Positions 30,837 to 38,234 of a stretch of DNA of 38,234 nucleotides are shown here, piece after piece. Position 1 is the first letter of the stretch, and each line of letters opens with the position of its first letter. The DNA comes from Cladosporium halotolerans (Eukaryota). The position numbers and the translations under genes are program-made. A model generated the notes under the pieces. That model worked only from the letters and a program-made list of their open reading frames with translations, was not told the DNA's origin and did not search any database. The stretch covers positions 124,001-162,234 of the forward strand of contig NW_027191493.1 in the NCBI RefSeq assembly GCF_011745625.1, read 5' to 3'.

Positions 30837-32828
30837 ATGCCCGGACCAACGCTGTGGGAGAGGGTGCGTAGCGGAGGCAAGACAGGCTTCGACAAGGCAT
30901 GGAACGCAGTCGACAAACTTGGAGCGCCGGTAAACAGGCTCTCTAACAAGCTGGGAAGCGAGGCGTTCTGGCCAACCACACTGGACAAGGAAAGCGACAA
31001 GGCGGCGCGCATTCTGAAGTCGTTCTGCAAAGATGGCTTCTACGCCGAGGAAGAGCAAGGAAACACCGATGGGCCAAAGCAGAAGCAGAAGGTGCTCAAG
31101 AAAATACCCGCGGAAGTCATCAAGAATGCAAAGGCGCTGGCAATATTTACAACAATGCGGACCGGTCTGTGGATGTCTGGCGCCGGAGGCTCAGGCGTGC
31201 TGATCGCAAGAAAAGATGACGGATCCTGGTCACCGCCGTCCGGCATCATGCTCCACACCGCGGGCTTGGGTTTCATGGTGGGCATTGACATCTACGACTG
31301 TGTCGTCGTCATCAACAGCGAAAAAGCATTGGAGGCGTTCTACAAGGTACGCTGCACATTGGGAAGCGAGATCAGTGTGGCTGCTGGACCAATCGGTGCG
31401 GGTGGAGTACTGGACACGGAGGTACATAAGCGCCAAGCGCCCATTTTCACCTACATGAAGAGCCGAGGGTTTTACGCAGGCGTACAAATAGACGGCACGA
31501 TTGTCATCGAGCGGACAGACGAGAACGAACGTTTCTACGGCCAGCGCATCGGAGTAAAGGATATCCTCGCAGGCAATGTCCAATATCCGCCACTAGAGGT
31601 GAAACGCTTGCTGGAGACGATCAAAGCCGCACAAGGCGACACAGACGTGGACGAAAGCATTCTTCCGGACCAGCCTCCTCCCAGCGATTATGAAATCGAC
31701 GACGGACACCTCTTTGGCGTTCCCGACAACGAAGACCCAGATCCATATGGCGTTCTAGCTCTAGAGAAGGAAGGAATGGCTGTGCGCGACGCCGGGACTC
31801 ATGAGCGCGCCTCATGGGAGCAATTCAGCTTCAACCCATCGCCTACCAGCCCTATACACGCAGTGTTTGCTCGCACATCTGGAGAAAGACCTCGATCAGG
31901 AATGAGTTCTGGCTTCGCCCTAAGTCGTCCGGTGAGTTGGCGCACAAGCACGCAGAGCTCGAACATTACAGCGGCACCCAAGGCTCCCTCAAGCTTGCGC
32001 ACCAGCTTGGAGCAAAGCCGCCCGCCTCCTTCAATGGTCGACAGCAGCACACAAACCGACTTCCCGGACGTGCCTTCTTCAACGCGTTCGAGCAGTAGAC
32101 GGAGCAGCCACGGTGGCGAATCGAGTACGGGGAAAAATGGTAAAGAGAGCACATCGGACAGCAGCAGGAGAAGCAGTAAAAGCAGTGCTCCCAACAAGAA
32201 CATCCAAAACATCCCCGAGAATGAGATCCTCAACACGCAGCCAGGTCACGGATTCGTCACACCGCCTCGTACTCCAGATGTGGACGAGACTCCGAAACCA
32301 ACATCTCGACACCACGAGGCTGACGCCGTGAAGAGCGACGAGAATGAACGGGACGACGAGGACGATCATGAGGACGTTCAAATCGTGGACCACGGACCCA
32401 TGGTACACAGTATCCAGACTATTCAGCCCGCCACACAGCAGAAGATATCTAAAGCGCGTCTGGTAACAGTGGCGAAGCGGGCCCCGCCAAAGCTCCCTCC
32501 CAGGAATCCGAACAGAAGTGGCAGGGGCCCTGTGGTAATTGGTGGTAGTCCGACCGGGAGCACGACCGAGGACTTGGAAGGCTCGCCTGCTGGGAGCGAC
32601 ATCAGCCGCAGAGCGAGTAGCAACGCTTCGCCTTCCCTCACAGCTACCAATGGTGCGGCAGACCCAGTGAACAAAGGTATGGAGCAGATTAGCTTGAACG
32701 ACAACGAACCTGAAGAAGAGGACATTGGGAACCGTAATCCATGGGCGAAGGTGCATGAGAGGCGCAAGAGCCAAGAAGAGCAGCAAAAGAAGGACGCAAG
32801 GGACAGCATGCCCGGGGGGTTTGATTGA
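30837..32828 (+). CDS. Ysc84/Lsb3-like SYLF (DUF500) actin/lipid-binding protein, no SH3, with a disordered Pro/Ser-rich tail
   Basis: DKAARILKSF, IPAEVIKNAKALAIFT, SGAGGSGVLIAR...WSPPSGI and FTYMKSRGFYAGVQIDGTIVIERTDENERFYG; PPKLPPRNP SH3-ligand motif. Confidence 0.9.
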   Translation: MPGPTLWERVRSGGKTGFDKAWNAVDKLGAPVNRLSNKLGSEAFWPTTLDKESDKAARILKSFCKDGFYAEEEQGNTDGPKQKQKVLKKIPAEVIKNAKALAIFTTMRTGLWMSGAGGSGVLIARKDDGSWSPPSGIMLHTAGLGFMVGIDIYDCVVVINSEKALEAFYKVRCTLGSEISVAAGPIGAGGVLDTEVHKRQAPIFTYMKSRGFYAGVQIDGTIVIERTDENERFYGQRIGVKDILAGNVQYPPLEVKRLLETIKAAQGDTDVDESILPDQPPPSDYEIDDGHLFGVPDNEDPDPYGVLALEKEGMAVRDAGTHERASWEQFSFNPSPTSPIHAVFARTSGERPRSGMSSGFALSRPVSWRTSTQSSNITAAPKAPSSLRTSLEQSRPPPSMVDSSTQTDFPDVPSSTRSSSRRSSHGGESSTGKNGKESTSDSSRRSSKSSAPNKNIQNIPENEILNTQPGHGFVTPPRTPDVDETPKPTSRHHEADAVKSDENERDDEDDHEDVQIVDHGPMVHSIQTIQPATQQKISKARLVTVAKRAPPKLPPRNPNRSGRGPVVIGGSPTGSTTEDLEGSPAGSDISRRASSNASPSLTATNGAADPVNKGMEQISLNDNEPEEEDIGNRNPWAKVHERRKSQEEQQKKDARDSMPGGFD

Positions 32829-33074
32829 TTATTAAATGGCCGCCCTTAGAAGCCAAGGCGTTTTTGGAGGAACCCCGGGATCTCAGGGCCGGGCCACGTT
32901 TACGAATCTGCAACGAATTTCAAGGGGATCTAGCGAGGAGCTTTACGAATTTGATTGGGAGTGGAACAGGCTTCCGAGTTGTTTGAACATAGATCGTAGC
33001 ATACAGATTGACATCATATCTGAATGCATGAGCAAAGAACAACTCACACTCACTGCCTCATGTGCGGAGCATTC

Positions 33075-34162
33075 TCACAACTTCGCCTGCCCATCTTGCG
33101 GCACCTTGACTACGACTTTGCCCCAGGTCTCCCTCCCGCCTAGGGCCTGCAACGCCTCACCGACCCTCTCCAATCCCACATATTCCTTGTCCTCGAAGTT
33201 TGTTCCACGTATCTTCTTCGCCTCCATCAACTCGAACAGTCCATCCCAAACAATCTGCTGCATTTCCGGCTCGTTGTACGCATACGCGCCCCAATGCAAC
33301 CCGATCACCGAAATGTTCTTCAATAGCAACTTGTTCATCGCCACTTTCTCGATCTCACCTCCAACAAACCCAACGACGATCAACCGTCCATTCCACGCGA
33401 TGCATTTTGTGCTCTTATCGATCAGCCCCACAGGATCGTACACGATATCCACGCCCTTCTTTCCCGGCGTCAGCTCCTTGACCTTCAACGGCCAGTCCTT
33501 GTCCTTGTAGTCAATGCAGTAATCCGCGCCGAATCTCTTCGCAACCTCAAGCTTATGCGCCGTTCCCGCAGTTGCGACAACCGTGGCGCCAAACGCCTTT
33601 GCAATCTGCACAGCTGCAAGTCCGACTCCGCCCGCGGCCGCGTGCACCAGCACCCAATCTCCCTTCTTGATCCCAGCTCTTGTCACAAGCGCTGCGTAGC
33701 TCGTTGGCATCGTGACGAACAAGCCTGCCGCCTCAAAGAGACCCCATCCCTTCGGGACAGGCTTCAGCTGCGCCTCTGTAGCACAGACGAGCGTTGCGTA
33801 CCCGCCTTGCGCCGCGCCGAAGACTTTGTCGCCCACGGCGAATTTGGGGTTCTTGGAAGATGCTGGCACGGCGGTGATGACGCCGCTGAATTCGGAGCCG
33901 GAGATCCAGGGGAGGGGAGGCTGGTGCTGGTATTTGCCGCGGATTTGAAGAAGGTCGAAGAAGTTTGTTGCGGTGCTGTGGATGCGGATTGTGTATTGGT
34001 CTGGTTTCGGGACGGGGTCGGGCAGGGTGGTCACGCGGAGGTCTTGAGGTCCCTAAAGGCGAAGCGGTTAGACAGATGGGTGTGAGGAGATGCGCGAAGC
34101 AGGAGCATGGAAAGGGAGGGTAGACGGACGGAGACGTATTCTTTGACTTGGATGCCGCGCAT
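33075..34162 (-). CDS. NADPH:quinone oxidoreductase (zeta-crystallin-like MDR) with PTS1 (AKL); exons 34162-34130 and 34052-33075
   Basis: NFFDLLQIRGKYQ, GSEFSG, VLVHAAAGGVGLAAVQIAKA and GKVVV, ending AKL*. Intron GTCCGT...CTAAC...TAG. Confidence 0.92.
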
Positions 34163-35772
34163 TGTGGAGGGAGGTGGCTGTTCGCTTTTGGTGGATGGAG
34201 GAAGGGATACGACGATGTATACAGATATGGGACTGGGGAATGTCGACGCGGACGAATGATGCACCTCTTCGCGTCTCTGTTGGACTTGGTGGTAGATGCT
34301 TAGTACATGGTAGGGAGCTGTGTTCGTCCACTCGGGATTCTGGCGGCTATTGAGCTGTCTCGTCGTCGGCCAGCTTCATGAGCCGAGGCACGAGCAGAAC
34401 GCTAGCCGACCTCACACCTGAGGTGGTATACGCATCACAAAGGCCCAAATTGGAACCATGCATACTTCAAAGGAAGCACGCCAAATGGCGAGAGGCAGAT
34501 GTGCAAGCGGACGAACTCGTTCCGTATCACACGCTGCCTGTCAGGCGTCGTAGAGTCATCAGTAGGAGAAACCTGGGAAGCAAATGCCCTGACGTCAACG
34601 AGCGAGGTACTATGTATAGTAAAGTAAACTGCACCACAGCCACGTTCCTCGCGTATATGCGCGACAAACTGTCGCACATACGCGCCGCGGACAACTCAGC
34701 CGCGCAGCTCGGGCTGGGCCAATACTCGAGGCCGTACATCTATACCAAAGTCCTTGAGCTTCGCAGTTGATCACTGGGTCGGGTCCTATCTCGGCGAGCC
34801 ATCCCGACGCCAAGGCCTCGCCAATCCCCGATCTCCGTCCTCCCCTTCTCTTGCCCAGCGCCCAAGAACGACGAAGCAGACACCGCGCCTGGGCCGGTCG
34901 CGGACCCACCAGCCACACTCCTTGCTCGCCGGAAGTGCATATCTCAAGCTGGAAGCACAGGAATGAGCGTCCAAATGTCGGCATGTCGATAAGCAAGGCA
35001 TAGCGAACTTGCACAGCGGAGAACTCTGACGGCAAGTTCTTGTGTGTTAGCAAAATTGAACGAACAAGTATTTCTACCGGCAGCATCGTGCGCCGGCTGT
35101 GTCCGAGTGTGTTGAAACTTCCCATTCTGCCAAGTTCAGCCCGAGTCAGCGCCCAGCAACCAAGGCTCATCCTCCTCCTATTGTCCACCGATGGCTCCAG
35201 CCATGCCGCGTAAACAGGATTGCCAATCAAGCACTAGCCGCCGTCTTGCCTGGCCGCGCACTGGACATGATGCTGACCGAACCAATTGATCGACTATCTA
35301 CGCACGCTCCGCGAGACACTTCGTGGGCTTCTTTCATAGCATCGGTCTCCGATTCCATCCTCAACTATGACCTCCCGTCAAATCTCCTACAGAGATCGAC
35401 GAAACGCCCCGATTATTTCTGACCTCCTGCTTCTCAAGTATGGCTAGGCAACGGCCCCTGTATCAGGCTGCCCTTTTCCCCCGGTCTATCCCGTCCCTAC
35501 GCCACCTACATTACTAGGCATCATACTTAGAATGACCTTTCGCTCGAGCTTCGTACACCCCCAGCTTCCTCGGATGCTACGCACAACCATCGAGCCTACC
35601 TTGCTCCTTCACTATATCACTTCAATTGATACTCTGGTCTGAAAATCCTCTCCTCGCGTTGGAGAGTCCTCAAGGACGAAACCATTGCGAATTTCCAACT
35701 CTTTTGTCCCATCAAACGCCTTCGGCATCATACTACCGCGTCCTGGATTATCAGGCGGAGCCATTATCAATC

Positions 35773-37698
35773 ATGCCAACCCTGGATATTAGCGAGCTCA
35801 ACATCGTTGTCGCGGTGCTCGGTGCGAGACCAATACCCCAGGGCACGAGCTATATGGCTAATCGCCACTAGGCGCTTTTACCATACTATACGGTCTTTGC
35901 TCAGTAAAGATTAAGCAAGTATGGTACCTTGGCGAGGCTCTTCCAGCACTACTTGCTGGAATCATCCTTGGGCCTGTAGCTGCCAGGTTCCTCGACTCTG
36001 AACGATGGGGTTCTGCCGTCCAGGATCAAACAGGGGCCATCACTTTGGTACGCTCCCTGTACACCTATTCGATCAAGATGGCTGCCTCGCCATTTTGTCA
36101 ATGTAGCTGACGTCGTACAGGGTGTTGCCAGGGTCGTCATCGGCGTTCAGCTTGTGATTGCGGGCTACCAACTACCCGCAAAATACCCTTGGCATCGCTG
36201 GAAAGACATGGTCCTCGTCTTGGTCCCTATCATGACAATCATGTGGCTCTGCACCACTGGATGCGTCATGCTTGTGATCCCAAAACTGACCACACTTTCT
36301 GCAATGGTCATTGCTTCGCAGGTCACCTGTACAGATCCTATCCTATCGCAGGCCATAGCGAAGGGCCCCTTCGCAGACAGATACGTCCCACGAGCACTGC
36401 GAGAGATCATTTCGGCTGAAGCAGGCGCTAATGACGGCTTCGGCTTTCCCTTCCTGCTACTAGCTACGTTTCTCATCCGCCATGCTCCCAAAGAGGATTT
36501 GAACTTCATATCTAGCTCTGCTCACTTAGCCAGCAGAGCAGAAGAGGTAGGCCGCCTCGGCGGCGGCGTGGGGGAAGCCATCGAAAGTTGGGTTGTCGAA
36601 GGTTGGCTATACTTCATCTTGCTCGGCGCAGTCGTCGGCGCCGTGCTGGGCATTACAAGCATGTTTGCTGTCACATTCACACTGAAGCGGTTGGTATCTC
36701 CCTGTCTGCAAACTCCCTGTCTCTTTCGTACACGGACTAATTTTGGATTCAGCAAATGGATTGATACCGAGTCCCTTCTCCTTTTCCCGACCGCACTTGG
36801 CCTCTTCATACTCGGTGTCACCGGACTCGCCGGTTTGGATGACCTGCTCGCATGTTTCTGCGCTGGAATGGCTATGAACTGGAATGGAGTGTACCTCCAC
36901 GAAACACTTGCCCGGCACGACGAAGTCAACTCCTCCATCGACGTGCTCCTAAACTTCGGCGGCTTCATGTACATCGGCACCATTATGCCGTGGTCCGAAT
37001 TCAACTCCGATATTACAGGTATCACGCCCGGTCGCTTGGTCGGCCTAGGCTTCTTGGTTCTGCTATTCCGACGCATCCCAGCGATCATGGTCATGTACAA
37101 AGCGATGCCAAACACCGTCAAATCTTGGAAAGAAGCCCTATTCATGGGATACTTTGGCCCCATAGGTATTGGCGCTGTGTTCTACACCGAGCATTCGGTA
37201 CATCTGTTTCCCGAGCTCGATGCCGTTGAGACTCTTGAAGAACAGAACTTGCTCCGGGCAATGAGGCCAGTGGTATACTTCCTTGTATTGTTCAGCATCG
37301 TAGTGCACGGTCTGAGTATCCCTGCGCTGGAGTTGATCTACAGGTGGCAGGGTGTACAGCCCATCATGGAGCTTCAGCCGAGCATGGAACGCAGGAGGAG
37401 CGTGAGCGAGCCGCTACCGCCGAACAGCCACGTGGATCCGAGGTTTGGCAGCGTGGTTAGGCACAACCGCTTTTCGAGAGTCATAAATCGGGACGAGATC
37501 GGCGATCTCGAGGAGAGATGGTCTAGCAGGCCTAAGAACGCATCGGCATCCAGACCAACCTCAAGAGGCGTATCTTGGGTAGTCAGTCCCCACTCGAGGA
37601 CCACGTCAAGAGGCAGGCAGATACCTATGACGCCGGTATGGCGGTTAGGGCGCGACGATAGTAGGGACTCGCTTAAGGATCAAGGCCGCGACTCGTAA
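35773..37698 (+). CDS. Na+(K+)/H+ antiporter, CPA1 Nha1/Sod2-like; exons 35773-35821, 35872-36047, 36121-36689 and 36753-37698
   Basis: KIKQVWYLGEALPA...GIILGP, TCTDPILSQ, ISAEAGANDGFGFPF, DDLLACF, RRIP, ALFMGYFGPIGIGAVFY and SIVVHGLSIP. Three GT-AG introns with branch sites. Confidence 0.92.
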
Positions 37699-37966
37699 AT
37701 GTATTTTCGTAGTCAGTTACAATCGTCGCTTGCGACGTACTTTCCCGGTTCCGTACTGCGATGCCATCATAGATGTTTCATAATACAGATCGATGAAGCA
37801 TCTTAAGAGACACAAGTAGCAACGCATTCTTAGCACGTGGTAACGCGACACGTTTCTATGATATCTTAGTAGGTATCTTAGCTACTAGCTTGAGCTTGGA
37901 TCTACTATCATTGACCTGTGACCTCTTTGCAAATTGAAGACCAGCAGAAACATTACCTATCTGGCG

Positions 37967-38136
37967 TCACCACTTATCGCTTCCATGATGGACCCATTGA
38001 TCGCCAATAGCAAGCATTTTGCAGTTTTAGCTTCAGGTCTCTCCTGACATTCTGATATTCAGCTTCTTCGAAGACGTTGAACAGCCCGAAAGGATCTTTC
38101 TGCGTGTCGAACAATTCCCACTCCCGGTCTTGATCA
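37967..38136 (-). pseudogene. C-terminal fragment of a sulfatase-like gene, frameshifted
   Basis: DQDREWELFDTQKDPFGLFNVFEEAEYQNVRRDLKLKL, then in another frame KMLAIGDQWVHH, matching the sulfatase C-terminal pattern EWELFD..KDP.EL.NV....Y......L..KM..IGD. Similarity stops at the tandem repeat. Confidence 0.65.
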
Positions 38137-38227
38137 CCTCGCCAAAAGGCAACGGAGGAGAACACTGATCTCCTACTAACCCTCGCCAAAAGGCAACGGA
38201 GGAGAACACTGATCTCCTACTAACCCT
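38137..38227. repeat. Perfect 44-bp tandem duplication (2 copies plus 3 nt)
   Basis: cctcgccaaaaggcaacggaggagaacactgatctcctactaac at 38137-38180 and 38181-38224. Confidence 0.95.
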
Positions 38228-38234
38228 AAGGCGG

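Noticed and set aside
32836..33510. 224-aa ATG ORF starting right after the Ysc84-like gene
   Set aside because: Mostly antisense to the quinone oxidoreductase; no domain features.
38137..38227. CRISPR-like or true telomeric array
   Set aside because: Eukaryotic DNA, only two adjacent units with no spacer, and fewer than two full CCCTAA repeats.

Overview
Gene-dense region of a filamentous ascomycete genome (Pezizomycotina; short GT-AG introns with CTRAC branch sites; a Dothideomycete origin is only a guess). It holds about 17 intact genes. Housekeeping-type genes: Ist3/RBMX2 RRM protein, SET-domain protein, Dsk2 ubiquilin, L-arabinitol 4-dehydrogenase, Ysc84/SYLF protein, peroxisomal quinone oxidoreductase and Nha1-type Na+/H+ antiporter. 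Accessory-type genes: bacterial-like cupin, CYP57-like P450, Mid2-like surface protein, GT31, peroxisomal CMD/AhpD protein with a GC-AG intron, CorA-like protein, purple-acid-phosphatase-family enzyme and a GNAT. Three pseudogene relics are visible (DUF3405-like, small secreted Cys-containing protein, sulfatase C-terminus). Most notable: (i) an intronless 542-aa orphan with class-I isoprenoid-synthase/terpene-cyclase-like motifs, convergent with a GNAT acetyltransferase in an accessory-looking segment; (ii) a purple acid phosphatase homolog with two metal ligands swapped (Tyr>His, Asn>Asp); (iii) an orphan resembling a degenerate LOV + C-terminal domain of fungal RGS-LOV photoreceptors; (iv) a DUF3405-like frame broken only by two TAG codons. 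All family calls come from motifs recognised by eye; no database searches were run.
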